From Planctomycetaceae bacterium (lineage in GTDB: Bacteria > Planctomycetota > Planctomycetia > Pirellulales > Pirellulaceae): a stretch of 64,000 bases of DNA. The number at the start of each line of letters is the position of its first letter. Position 1 is the first letter of the stretch. The position numbers and the translations under genes were made by a program. The notes beneath the pieces were generated by a model. It worked only from the letters and a program-made list of their open reading frames with translations. It was not told the DNA's origin and did no database searches. Shown here one piece after another: positions 1-9,719 of this stretch. Location of the stretch: contig JAEUIP010000001.1 of NCBI GenBank assembly GCA_016795075.1, positions 20,608-84,607 on the forward strand, read 5' to 3'.

Positions 1-1
1 C

Positions 2-1618
2 CGTGGTCTTGGAGAACCAATTAGTTGGGTTCGCGAACGACGACTGCCGCCGATTTTTTCTCCCATTGTTGGGCAAAATGACGGCGAAACTTCGGAATCG
101 ACGAACGATGAATCGGAATGGGAAGTTCCGGCAAGTGTGATTAGTGTGTTTGCCGTCCCATCACGGTTTGCCGAATTGGAGGAGCGAATGCCGCCTCGCT
201 CGACCGGTGGCGTCGAGACGGTTCACGGTCGGTTATCGTTTGCGTTAAATCAAGTGCTAAGAAATGCCAAGCGATCGTTGACCTATCGTGAGCTAATGCA
301 ACAAGTTGGCTGGCAATATCAAGCATGGGGTTGGAACCCGCGTCCGTACTTGGAGGGGGGCGACCTTGATCGCGAAGTCTTGGGAGCTCGCGAGTGGCCG
401 ACGCGATCTTGGATCACGGCCATCAAAGAATCTCATCGCTATCGGTTGAATGTGGGCTTTCTCGACCAAGTGGCCGTAGGGTCTATTTTCGAGTTGTTTC
501 CGGCTGATCGAGCCGAAGGCAGCGACGCCAGTTTGGGCTTCGTCAAAGTCAGCCGTGTTGCGGCGGGTGAATGCCTGGCCGAGCCGTGTGCGTTCGATGG
601 GCGAACTGCGAGCGACATTGCCAATCTTCCGTTAGGGGCGAATGCGGAGTTGGTCTATCGAGAACTGGGAGACGCTCGTTTGCCAGTGGCTTTGATTTCG
701 GCTACCGACGAAACCCCGAACAAAGAATTGTGGGCCGCGTGCGAAGCGGCGCTGGATAATATTTTTGCGGATCGGCGGCGATTGGTGCGGCAGGCAAGTC
801 CCGACGAGACCCCTCAGTTGTTCGTGGTCGTCGGCGCGACACACGTGTGGGTTCAAAATGGGAAGGGCTCGGTTGAGGGATTGCCGGATTCGGGTTCGAC
901 CGCGTACGCTCTGGGGTCGAACCCTCAAGAGCTAGAGCCAAAGATAGCAGGCAGTCTAACGATGATCGCGCGTGCGTTGAACTTGGTTCGCTTGGCATCG
1001 CCGATTCCGTCCGAGTCCGTGCTCACTGGTGCGACAGAACGGACTTCCACGCCGACATTATTGGGGATAACGATTCAAAAAGAGCATCCGCCGGGTTCCG
1101 GAATCTTCGTCGCAGTAGACGATCCCGATACGATTGTCCTGAAGGATGGCGATCGAGTGCGAATCCAGGTTCAAAACCGCTCCGATCGCAGCTTGGATCT
1201 AACCGGCTTGGTTGTGGAAAGCGGCTTCGCAATCAACCCGATCCGACTGCGGCGAGACGGAAAGGAAGTTTCGAAACGATTGCCGCCAAATTCGGAACCG
1301 GCCTACTTCGGAACCATCAACATCTCGAACACGACCTTCGGTTTGGAACATTTTGTTTTGATTGGGGTCGAAGCCGGCCCTGAGCCTGAAGTGATGGACT
1401 TCTCGTACCTCAGGCAGAACGCACCGCAAGCAGCGAGCGAAGTTGCAAAACCGATGAATCGTTCGACGGAGCGTGCCAGTGGCTTTCGACAACTTGTGGA
1501 AAGTACAACACTGGATGGCGCTCCGACTCGTGGTCCCGGACGTTCGGACGAGCCCGGAGTTGTTCTGCGAATCCCCTGGCGTGTGTTGCCACCGGACACC
1601 GTTCCCAAAACCAAATAA
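2..1618 (+). CDS. caspase-like (peptidase C14 family) protein, C-terminal part; 5' end lies outside the window
   Basis: The frame is open from nt 2, with no stop before the GTG at 137 used by the ORF track, so the gene starts upstream of the window. ...VISVFAVPSRFAELEE...VHGRLSFALNQVLRNAKRSLTYRELMQQV...PRPYLEGGDLDREVLG follows the pattern seen just after the catalytic Cys of bacterial caspase/metacaspase-like proteins. The C-terminal LKDGDRVRIQVQN...FGLEHFVLIGVEAG resembles a DUF4384-type beta-sandwich. The catalytic His/Cys region itself is not in the window. Confidence 0.5.
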   Translation, partial: RGLGEPISWVRERRLPPIFSPIVGQNDGETSESTNDESEWEVPASVISVFAVPSRFAELEERMPPRSTGGVETVHGRLSFALNQVLRNAKRSLTYRELMQQVGWQYQAWGWNPRPYLEGGDLDREVLGAREWPTRSWITAIKESHRYRLNVGFLDQVAVGSIFELFPADRAEGSDASLGFVKVSRVAAGECLAEPCAFDGRTASDIANLPLGANAELVYRELGDARLPVALISATDETPNKELWAACEAALDNIFADRRRLVRQASPDETPQLFVVVGATHVWVQNGKGSVEGLPDSGSTAYALGSNPQELEPKIAGSLTMIARALNLVRLASPIPSESVLTGATERTSTPTLLGITIQKEHPPGSGIFVAVDDPDTIVLKDGDRVRIQVQNRSDRSLDLTGLVVESGFAINPIRLRRDGKEVSKRLPPNSEPAYFGTINISNTTFGLEHFVLIGVEAGPEPEVMDFSYLRQNAPQAASEVAKPMNRSTERASGFRQLVESTTLDGAPTRGPGRSDEPGVVLRIPWRVLPPDTVPKTK

Positions 1619-1634
1619 TTGTGAGGATGATACC

Positions 1635-3056
1635 GTGAACTACTCAGAGTTGAAACGTTCGTTATTGTGTTTCATGGCGTGCCATTTTCTCGTCGACTTG
1701 TCGCACGCTTTTGGGCTAGAGCAGGACGATCGGTTCGACATGAATTCCGCCAAACCAAACCTTTCTCAGGTATGGAAGCCTCAACAAATTGTGGCGGGGC
1801 TGAATTTAGAGATCGGGAGACTAGAACGCGGAGCCCCAGATCCATCGGGCTCGTTTCGTCCGCGTGGCGAAGCGTCCATGCGAGTTTATCGCGACGCTAG
1901 TCCGGCCATCGTGATGGTGACGGATGGGAAAACGGGCCATGGAACAGGGTTCTTTATTCGTGAAGGTGGATGGATCATGACTAATCATCATGTGGTCGAA
2001 TCCATGCCCATTGATCCAACAACAGGAGCCAAGGTAGCCCGAGTTGTCGTCGGTCGTTTGGCAGATGACGGCGCGATGAGTGCCCATGAAGAGCACTTGG
2101 AAGCCATCGTCTATCGAACCGATGAAATTCGCGATCTGGCTTTGCTACGGCTCACAGACGTATCTGCCGAGATCGTCGCAGATCATCGATCGATACCGCT
2201 GGCTGATCAATCCCCAGTTCCCGGGACTTTGTGTATTGCCATTGGTCATCCTGCGCAAGGCGTGATGTGGACATTGCGACAGGGCGAGGTCTCGGGCCGG
2301 GGCCAATTTCCCAAAGATCAATTGGGAAATTTTGTCTTGCGAGGGGCCGATACATCCGAACGTGAATCCCTCGAAGATTTACTGGGAACATTGCCCAGTC
2401 GCAAAGTCTTGCTGTCGAGCTGTGGTTTGAACCCGGGTGATTCTGGTGGTCCTTTGTTAAACGAGGCTGGGCATCTAATTGCCGTCTCTTTTGCTGTGCC
2501 AACGATTGATGCGGAACGGGGCATCGACTTGGGCAAGTTCTCGTATCACGTGCACTTGGAAGAGGTCAAATCGTTTTTGGAAGACTGGCCATCCGAACCC
2601 GCGGTCGCACCGCCGTCGATCCTTCCTCCAGCTTTCGCACAGGCCCTGGTGGATATGGACGACGACAACCAACTCGAATCGTGGCTGTTTGCCTTGGATG
2701 CGTCAACTCCGTCGGGGTTCCTGGTTGACTTGGACGCCGATAGCGACCCTGACTTTATCAAGAGGGCACTTGCCGACGGGATCACCGACACGGAACCCTT
2801 GCAGACTTGGAACTGGGAATTCGCCTATGTCTTGGCCCCCCAAGAATTATTTGCCTTTGAGTTGGATGGCGACGGGCACCCCGATGTCGTTTTTGTACAA
2901 CAAGAACTGGGCCCAGACCACTGGAACAAATTCTCGAAGTCGGCGGACGGAATTTGGAAATGCGAGTCTTGGGAAGGTGATCCGCAGACCCACGAACATT
3001 TTGAATCTGCCGAAATGCAGCGTCAATTTCGGCGAATCATGCGACGTTTACGATAA
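1635..3056 (+). CDS. trypsin-like serine protease (S1 family) with an unknown C-terminal domain
   Basis: Catalytic triad contexts are GWIMTNHHVVE (His), IRDLALLRL (Asp) and LNPGDSGGPLLN (Ser). The ORF-track start at 1473 overlaps the upstream gene, so I chose the GTG at 1635, which is preceded by GAGGA (1623-1627). The N-terminus is hydrophobic (LLCFMACHFLV). Confidence 0.75.
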   Translation: MNYSELKRSLLCFMACHFLVDLSHAFGLEQDDRFDMNSAKPNLSQVWKPQQIVAGLNLEIGRLERGAPDPSGSFRPRGEASMRVYRDASPAIVMVTDGKTGHGTGFFIREGGWIMTNHHVVESMPIDPTTGAKVARVVVGRLADDGAMSAHEEHLEAIVYRTDEIRDLALLRLTDVSAEIVADHRSIPLADQSPVPGTLCIAIGHPAQGVMWTLRQGEVSGRGQFPKDQLGNFVLRGADTSERESLEDLLGTLPSRKVLLSSCGLNPGDSGGPLLNEAGHLIAVSFAVPTIDAERGIDLGKFSYHVHLEEVKSFLEDWPSEPAVAPPSILPPAFAQALVDMDDDNQLESWLFALDASTPSGFLVDLDADSDPDFIKRALADGITDTEPLQTWNWEFAYVLAPQELFAFELDGDGHPDVVFVQQELGPDHWNKFSKSADGIWKCESWEGDPQTHEHFESAEMQRQFRRIMRRLR

Positions 3057-3343
3057 TAGATCGGTCCAGCAAACCGCGTTGGAACAAGCCACGAACGACT
3101 TCCGGACAAAATATTCGGGCTTATTGTAAGTCGAGCCGGAACCGTGCGTTTCTGTGGGGCAGAACGATGCCTTGTTCCGTCACTTGCGGTTTGCGTTGAA
3201 ACAGGAGAAAATCAATGGCGTACTGCGCGACAGCGATCGCGATTCCGGGGCCATTCTTGGATCTGTCCCGATTCATGAAGCGAGCGGTCCCAACGACCGT
3301 CCGAGTTATCCTTCAACGGAGTTCGTGCGTGGACGAAACCCGA

Positions 3344-3925
3344 ATGTCATTATTGTTGCGGGCCCGAAATGCGGCTGACCCCGACGCATTCACGGAATTC
3401 TATCAGGTCTACGCTCCTTTACTCCAAAGATTTGTCCTGTCGCGTGGGGTGGATGAAACTTCGAGCGACGATGTGGTCCAAGAGTTGTTGATTTCCCTCT
3501 GGCGTCGCCTGCCTGAATTGGATTTTGATAAGACGCGAGGTCGTTTTCGCACTTATCTGTGGCAGAGCACCCATCATGCCGTGACGTCCTGGTACCGCAA
3601 AAACGCGAAGCACCTCAAATCTCGCGTTGCCGATCTTGATTCTCGCATGTTGGAACTGGAATACGAATCGCAAGGTGTTCCGGATCGCGAGTTCCAATTG
3701 GCCGTGCGCAATCGAATCTTGGAAGTTGTCTTGGCGCGGATTCAACAGGAGGTCTCGGACTCCGAATGGCAGAAGTTCAAACGGCACGTCGTGGACGGTG
3801 TTTCTGCGTTGGATCTGAGCCGAGAGTTGAGTTGTACAACCGGCGCTATTTATCAAGCTGCCAACCGCTTGCGCAAGAGAGTCCGCACGTTGTTTGATGA
3901 GTACGGAGAGGAATTCGATGTATGA
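3344..3925 (+). CDS. ECF-type RNA polymerase sigma-70 family factor
   Basis: Region 2 is present (FTEFYQVYAPLLQRFVLSRGVDETSSDDVVQELLISLWRR; RFRTYLWQSTHHAVTSWYRK), as is the region 4 HTH (ALDLSRELSCTTGAIYQAANRLRKRV). I moved the start to ATG 3344 (MSLLLRARN...). The stop overlaps the next start (ATGA at 3922-3925). Confidence 0.8.
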   Translation: MSLLLRARNAADPDAFTEFYQVYAPLLQRFVLSRGVDETSSDDVVQELLISLWRRLPELDFDKTRGRFRTYLWQSTHHAVTSWYRKNAKHLKSRVADLDSRMLELEYESQGVPDREFQLAVRNRILEVVLARIQQEVSDSEWQKFKRHVVDGVSALDLSRELSCTTGAIYQAANRLRKRVRTLFDEYGEEFDV

Positions 3926-5778
3926 ACGCCATTACCGAATGCCTCACGGAAGAGGAACTGATTGCCTTGCTGTCGGGCGAATCGGTATCTTCAGAAAAGT
4001 CAACTCACATGGAGCAGTGCCAATATTGCCAAGAAACCCGCAACCAAATTCGTTCGGACCTCGATGCAATCCGAGCCGTCGCCAATTCTAGCATTGACGA
4101 GATTACCTTTTCGAATCCCGATGTTCGCAAACCTCGCCAGCTTTCACAAGGAACGCCGACCGAGCGTGGCCACCAAGATGGTCGGTTGGCGATTGGATCG
4201 ACGGTAGGAAACTACACCGTGATTCGGTTGCTCGGTCGAGGTGGCCAATCCGAGGCCTACTTGGTACGGCAGACGGATAAAGGTGAAGACTCGCCTCGGT
4301 TTGTGCTCAAAATTTCCCGTATCACGGATGCCTGGGGCCTACCGTTGTCGGCGTCGCAGTGGCACCATCTGCATGCTGCGTTGAAATCTGAAGAGGAAAC
4401 ACTGTACAAGCTTCGCGGCATTACGGGGACGCTGCAATACGTCACCGCTGGGCAGGTAGATCTCGGGGGTGGCAAACCTGAGCCATATCTAGTGACCGAT
4501 TATGTGCGTGGACAAACGCTACAACAACGCGGCACGGAGTTTACCGACCCGCAGCAAGCCGTTCTATTGGTCAAAAAGATTGCCGAGATCCTCTCTCACG
4601 TGAATCGGATCGGCGTGATTCACGGCGATCTCAAACCGCAAAACGTCATGTTGAGTGACGACGATTCGCCAACGGTCATTGATTTTGGAATGGCGAGGAT
4701 TCGTGATGTTTGGAATCAAGGTGATGTTTCCGAAATGCAAGGCGGAACGATCCAGTACATGTCTCCTGAGCAGGCGAAAGGCGATGCTTCACGGATCGGC
4801 TCTGCCACGGACGTGTTTGCGTTAGGAGCAATCCTTCAACAGTTGGTGACCCAACAAAAAGTGTACGACGGCGATCATTGGAAAACTTGTTTGGAGGCGG
4901 CCAAAGCCGGACGCGTCAACGTCGCCGACGCGCGAGCATTTGGGCATCGACAATTGCAACACGTGGTGGCTCGCTGTTTGGCAAGCGAACCAGAACTGCG
5001 TTTTGCCAATGGAGGTGCGGTGGCGGAGGCGTTGTCTCGTCTTCAGTTTGCAAAGTTCTCGCGCTGGCAATTTGCTGGCGTTTTTTTCCTGGCACTACTG
5101 GCAATCACGGCGATTTTGTGGCTGGCGTTTTATCCACCGTGGATCGAGCACTCCAACTCCGAGCCATCAAGTCTCGCGACGGAGTCGCCGGTTCCAGGTT
5201 TGTTGGGTTCCGATGATCTCAAAGTTGGTGAGTGGAATAAGAAGCTGCCGGTTACGGCGGGCAGTCGGTTACGTGTCGAAGCACAGGGCCCAGCCAACAA
5301 CGCATGGTATTTGGTCTGGATCGATAGCAGGCGAGAAGTATTCGTTTTTTCGCAGGATTCTCCAGAGAACCCGATATTGACGGAGCCTGTCGACGATGGG
5401 ACTAAAGTGCGTGTCGTTTGGCCGCGACTTGAAGAGGGAACCATCAGTATCGAAAGTGAAGGAGGGACCGAGCTGCTGATGTTGGTCGGTTTCCCAATCC
5501 ATCATCCAATCTCAGAACAAGAGCTCAAAGACGCCATTGCAGCCGTATTGGCCACCGCGGATGCGTGGCCTGACCTTCCCGAAACGGTTTTAGCCCGGTT
5601 TGACAAAACACGCGTCCATCCCGTGTCGCCAACCGGCACGATGCGTGGCCCGGGTAAGGTAGAACCTTCGGCCTATCGGCAAATCGAAAAGACGATTCGT
5701 CGTATTCGCGAAACGATCGAAGACCGTGCAGAGTTCATCCGCGGGGAAGCCTTTCACGTGTCACCAAATACGGAATGA
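3922..5778 (+). CDS. Ser/Thr protein kinase with N-terminal zinc-binding anti-sigma (HxxxCxxC) domain, one TM helix and an extracytoplasmic DUF4384-like domain
   Basis: The N-terminal HMEQCQYC fits H-x3-C-x2-C. Kinase motifs are GRGGQSEAYL...FVLK, HGDLKPQNVM, DFG and YMSPEQ. The TM helix is FAGVFFLALLAITAILWLAFY. The C-terminal domain reads VTAGSRLRVEAQGPANNAWYLVWIDSRREVFVF...GGTELLMLVGFP. Confidence 0.85.
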   Translation: MNAITECLTEEELIALLSGESVSSEKSTHMEQCQYCQETRNQIRSDLDAIRAVANSSIDEITFSNPDVRKPRQLSQGTPTERGHQDGRLAIGSTVGNYTVIRLLGRGGQSEAYLVRQTDKGEDSPRFVLKISRITDAWGLPLSASQWHHLHAALKSEEETLYKLRGITGTLQYVTAGQVDLGGGKPEPYLVTDYVRGQTLQQRGTEFTDPQQAVLLVKKIAEILSHVNRIGVIHGDLKPQNVMLSDDDSPTVIDFGMARIRDVWNQGDVSEMQGGTIQYMSPEQAKGDASRIGSATDVFALGAILQQLVTQQKVYDGDHWKTCLEAAKAGRVNVADARAFGHRQLQHVVARCLASEPELRFANGGAVAEALSRLQFAKFSRWQFAGVFFLALLAITAILWLAFYPPWIEHSNSEPSSLATESPVPGLLGSDDLKVGEWNKKLPVTAGSRLRVEAQGPANNAWYLVWIDSRREVFVFSQDSPENPILTEPVDDGTKVRVVWPRLEEGTISIESEGGTELLMLVGFPIHHPISEQELKDAIAAVLATADAWPDLPETVLARFDKTRVHPVSPTGTMRGPGKVEPSAYRQIEKTIRRIRETIEDRAEFIRGEAFHVSPNTE

Positions 5779-5842
5779 TTTGTGCGAGCACAAGTTTGGC
5801 TTGTTGCTGGATCGCCCGATATGAAATGCTACTGCCGCCCAA

Positions 5843-7048
5843 TTAAAACGCATTGCGCATGTTCATGATTGGCAGGAGTAAGGATACGACCACAAACAAG
5901 ATGATCCCGGACATCACCACCAACAGCAATGGTTCGATCATCTTGACCGCCAGGTCCAGCTTGCGACTCGTGCGTTTTTCTAGACTGTCGGCGATATCAA
6001 CCAGAACGGTATCCAGGCTATTGGATTCTTCGGCGACGGCGATCATTTCGGTCACGGTCCGAGGGAAGCTGCCACTTTTGCTCAGTGGTGGCGCAAGGGA
6101 CTCGCCGGACTTGATGTTCTCGGTAGCGCTACTGATCGCTTCAGCCAAAATCATATTTCCTGCGGATTGACTGCTGATTTGCAAGGACTTGATAATCGGC
6201 ACACCGTTGGCCAATAGCGTCCCCAAAACACGGCAAAAACGGGCAACTGCCAAGCTTTGGTTGATCGCGCCAAACACGGGAATCTTCAACTTGATGATAT
6301 CTAGGACTCGTCGTCCGCTCGGCGACGCAAAGTAGAACCGAATCCCAAGAATCAGCGCGACGAAGCCCGCCAATCCGACGAAGAAGTAGCTGCGCAAAAA
6401 ACCACTAAAACCCAGCAGCGCCTCCGTAACCCAAGGCATTCCGCCTTTAGAACGAAGCTGATCAAACATTTCGCCGAACATGGGCACGAAAAAGACCAAG
6501 AGCACCACAATGACTGCCGAGCCGATCGTCGCCAACATGAACGGATAGGCCAAGGCGCCAACCGTGCGAGATTTCAGATCGGCTTGTTCTTCGGTGAATT
6601 TCCCGACCCGGTCCAAAGCGTCATCCAAGAACCCACCTTCGCCACCGGCCCTGGTCATATTGATGGCGATGTCAGAAAAGACTTTGGGATGCCGTGAGAA
6701 CGCATCTCCCAACCCTTCACCATCTTCAACGCGACGATGAATGTCTTCCAGGACCTCCTTCAACTTGGAGCTGGAAGTTTGTTCACGTAGAATGTTCAAC
6801 GAGCGAAGCAGCGGTACGCCACCGCGCAATAATCCGGAAAGCTGGTTGTAGAACACGCCCATCATTTGGGCATTGATACCACCGCCCAGCGAGAGTCCAC
6901 TGCCTTTCTGGCGCACGACTTTTACGGACAAGGGAAACAATTGGCGACCACTGAGTTGCCCGACCGCTTCGCGTTGGGTGGCGGCGCTCGTCGTCCCTGA
7001 GACGCGATCTCCAGTCATGGTCCGGGCGACATATTCAAATTCAGGCAT
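5843..7048 (-). CDS. type II secretion / type IV pilus platform protein (GspF/PilC family)
   Basis: The 401-aa protein has duplicated T2SSF-type halves (LLRGGVPLLRSLNIL and LLANGVPIIKSLQI) and three TM segments. It lies directly downstream of the GspE/PilB-type ATPase. Confidence 0.9.
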   Translation of the reverse strand: MPEFEYVARTMTGDRVSGTTSAATQREAVGQLSGRQLFPLSVKVVRQKGSGLSLGGGINAQMMGVFYNQLSGLLRGGVPLLRSLNILREQTSSSKLKEVLEDIHRRVEDGEGLGDAFSRHPKVFSDIAINMTRAGGEGGFLDDALDRVGKFTEEQADLKSRTVGALAYPFMLATIGSAVIVVLLVFFVPMFGEMFDQLRSKGGMPWVTEALLGFSGFLRSYFFVGLAGFVALILGIRFYFASPSGRRVLDIIKLKIPVFGAINQSLAVARFCRVLGTLLANGVPIIKSLQISSQSAGNMILAEAISSATENIKSGESLAPPLSKSGSFPRTVTEMIAVAEESNSLDTVLVDIADSLEKRTSRKLDLAVKMIEPLLLVVMSGIILFVVVSLLLPIMNMRNAF

Positions 7049-7087
7049 GACGTTTTGCTAACTCCTGATTCCTAAGCTTCGCGAATG

Positions 7088-8800
7088 TTATCGTTCGATG
7101 CCTTTGTCACTCTTGGTAACGCGAGTGACTTCCTCGACCGAGGTATCACCGCGCATGGCCTTCTTCCAGGCATCATCGCGGAGTGTTTTCATGCCTTCGG
7201 CCAGGGCTGCCTTCTTGATCTCCCAACTACTCGCGCGGTTTGTACACAAATCGCGAACTCGTTCGGAAGTAACCAACAATTCGTAAATCCCCATTCGGCC
7301 GCGATATCCCAAGTTTCGACACTCGCGACAGCCCTGAGGCGTGTACAGGGGCCGATCCTCGAGCAAGGCCCACGGAAAGTCTTTGGGCAAATCCAGCGAC
7401 TTGGCATCTACGGGTTTGCGGCAATGTGGGCACAAGCGGCGCACGAGACGTTGGGCCATCACGGCTTCGACTGTACTGGCCACCAAGAACGGCTCGACAC
7501 CCATATCGGTCATACGAGTAAAGGCCCCGGACGCATCGTTGGTGTGCAAAGTACTAAACACCAAGTGACCCGTCAGCGACGCTTGAATCGCATTCTCGGC
7601 GGTTTCATGGTCGCGAATTTCGCCCACCAACACGACATCCGGGTCGTGCCGCAAAATACTCCGGAGTGAGTGGGCAAAGGTTAGACCAATTTTGGGATGA
7701 ACCTGAATCTGATTGATCCCGGCCAATTGGTATTCGACCGGATCTTCTGTCGTGATGATCTTGACGTCGGGTTGATTGATTTCGACCAACGCACTGTAGA
7801 GCGTCGTGGTCTTGCCGGACCCCGTGGGGCCGGTCACCAAAATGATTCCGTGCGGTAGTTTGATTAGCTCTTTGAACACGTCATATTGTTCAGGGTCCAT
7901 GCCGATCTTCTGCAACTCGAAGACCATGCTGCCTTTATCCAAAATACGCATGACCAAGCCTTCGCCGTGAATCATCGGGATTACCGACAAACGCACGTCG
8001 ATCTCGCGGCCTTTGACTTTCAACTTGATACGACCATCCTGTGGCAAACGCTTCTCGGCGATATTGAGACGTGCCATGATTTTCAGACGACTGATGATGG
8101 CGGATTGAAACTGATGGATTTCCGGCGGCAAGGGTTGCGTTTGCAAAATGCCGTCAATCCGATAGCGAACTTCCAAGCCATGAGCCTGACTCTCAATGTG
8201 CACGTCGGACGCTCGCATCTCCACGGCTTCCAACAGAACCTCATTCACCAAGCGAACCACCGAGGCTTCTTGAACCATCTCCGATAGTTCCGAGCCATCC
8301 GTTTCCAATTCCTCCAGAAGTTCGATGTCTTCGTTCTTTTTTTGTGTGACTAACGAATCGATGGTTTCACTGCCCACGCCCAGATGGGTCTTGATCAGCT
8401 TGGCGATTTCGACTCGTTCGGCTAGCACGGGTTCCACAATCCAACCCGTCGCGGCACTGATTGCATCGATCGAATAAACATCGAACGGATCGCTCGTCGC
8501 TACGTACACCGTATCTCCGCGCCGATAAATGGGGAACAACATGTGTCGGTGGACGAGTTTTTGGGGCACGAGTTTCAGCAAACCCAAATCCAACTCTGCG
8601 GAGGCGACATCGACAAACTCCATGCCAACCTGCTTGCCCAAGGCAGTCAATGCCTGACTTTCGGTCAGCACTCCTTGTTCCACCAGCTTTCGCCAATGGC
8701 CACCCTCTGGACTATCGCTTTTCAACTGCATCACGTCACGATGCTGGATCAGACCTTGATCCAACAGGATGTTTACAGCATTCATGGGGGTGCTTTCCAA
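7088..8800 (-). CDS. type II secretion / type IV pilus assembly ATPase (GspE/PilB family)
   Basis: It has an N-terminal T2SSE_N-like domain, Walker A GPTGSGKTTTLYS, Walker B region DPDVVLVGEIRD and the tetracysteine CPHC...CRECR. Confidence 0.9.
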   Translation of the reverse strand: MESTPMNAVNILLDQGLIQHRDVMQLKSDSPEGGHWRKLVEQGVLTESQALTALGKQVGMEFVDVASAELDLGLLKLVPQKLVHRHMLFPIYRRGDTVYVATSDPFDVYSIDAISAATGWIVEPVLAERVEIAKLIKTHLGVGSETIDSLVTQKKNEDIELLEELETDGSELSEMVQEASVVRLVNEVLLEAVEMRASDVHIESQAHGLEVRYRIDGILQTQPLPPEIHQFQSAIISRLKIMARLNIAEKRLPQDGRIKLKVKGREIDVRLSVIPMIHGEGLVMRILDKGSMVFELQKIGMDPEQYDVFKELIKLPHGIILVTGPTGSGKTTTLYSALVEINQPDVKIITTEDPVEYQLAGINQIQVHPKIGLTFAHSLRSILRHDPDVVLVGEIRDHETAENAIQASLTGHLVFSTLHTNDASGAFTRMTDMGVEPFLVASTVEAVMAQRLVRRLCPHCRKPVDAKSLDLPKDFPWALLEDRPLYTPQGCRECRNLGYRGRMGIYELLVTSERVRDLCTNRASSWEIKKAALAEGMKTLRDDAWKKAMRGDTSVEEVTRVTKSDKGIER

Positions 8801-8886
8801 AGGGTGTGGCGTTCTGATTGGTGACTTGGCCCCAGCGAGTTAGCGCCAAATCGAAGTTGCGGATTGCGCCAGAAACGCAAAGGTAT

Positions 8887-8945
8887 AAAAAAAGGGAGGC
8901 TTCCAACCGCCTACACCACATTGTAGTTGGGCGGAGAGCACTCCC
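8887..8945 (-). terminator. putative rho-independent terminator downstream of the Spy-like gene
   Basis: On the minus strand there is a composite hairpin (GGGAG...CCGCC-TACA...TGTA...GGCGG...CTCCC read on the plus strand, 8894-8945) followed by a run of 7 T (plus-strand A run 8887-8893). It lies about 60 nt after the stop at 9009. Confidence 0.45.
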
Positions 8946-9008
8946 TAGTATCTACTTCGGATTAAACGACGCCCCGTTCCAAAGCGGCAACCGATACAAC
9001 CCGGATCT

Positions 9009-9719
9009 TTAGAAATCCAGAGGACGTTGTCCGCCGCCTTGGCCACGACCGCCTTGACCACGACCACCTTGGCCTTGTCCACCGCGACCACCGAAGTTGA
9101 ACTCAGGAACTTCCGTCTTCAGCCATTCCTTCATCTTTTCTTGGGCTTCCTTCGGCAGCAAGGCAATCACGCGTTCGTTATAGCGTTCGCGAAGCTTGGC
9201 AATTTCCTCGTCTTGCTTGGCTTGCAATTCTGCGGCTTGTTCGCGGAATTCTTCAGCTTCGGATTCGCTCAACCCCAGTTGCTTGATCAGATTGGGGTCA
9301 TTTAGCACGCCAGAGGCGCCGCCACGTCGCATGGTCATGCTGGCGGTCATGGCTGCCAATTGCTCGCGTTGATGCTTGAGAAGAACGCCGTCGATTTCTT
9401 TTTGGATGCGGCCCATGACTTCTTGCATCTTCTCGCGGGCATCCTCACCGCCGCCACCCCCACGGAACATCTCCTGCATTTCATCCCGCATGTCCGCTTG
9501 CAGGTCTTCCAGACGTTGGATCTGATCTTCGGAAAGCTCCAATTGCTCGCGGACTTGTTCATTCATGAGCAACATCGCGGAACCACCTCCGCCCATCATC
9601 CCGCCAAAACCACCCCGACCACCCGGGCCACCTCGACCAGGCTGAGCCACAGCCGAATCCACGGCGACCGACGCCAAAACTGCCAGAACCAAGCAGGTTA
9701 CTCCCAACCAACGCGACAT
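9009..9719 (-). CDS. secreted coiled-coil protein, Spy/CpxP-like (LTxxQ-type) periplasmic chaperone candidate with Gly-rich N-terminus and RGG-repeat C-terminus
   Basis: The signal peptide is MSRWLGVTCLVLAVLASVAVDSAVAQ, so I moved the start to 9719. Repeated L-[ST]-E-x-Q-like helices are present (LELSEDQIQRLEDLQ, LGLSESEAEEFREQ). The C-terminal tail is GGRGGQGQGGRGQGGRGQGGGQ. Confidence 0.5.
   Translation of the reverse strand: MSRWLGVTCLVLAVLASVAVDSAVAQPGRGGPGGRGGFGGMMGGGGSAMLLMNEQVREQLELSEDQIQRLEDLQADMRDEMQEMFRGGGGGEDAREKMQEVMGRIQKEIDGVLLKHQREQLAAMTASMTMRRGGASGVLNDPNLIKQLGLSESEAEEFREQAAELQAKQDEEIAKLRERYNERVIALLPKEAQEKMKEWLKTEVPEFNFGGRGGQGQGGRGQGGRGQGGGQRPLDF

Noticed and set aside
5779-5842. 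Small hairpin TTGTGCGAGCACAA between the convergent kinase and pilC genes as a terminator
   Set aside because: The stem is only 5 bp with a 4-nt loop, and there is no flanking T/A run.
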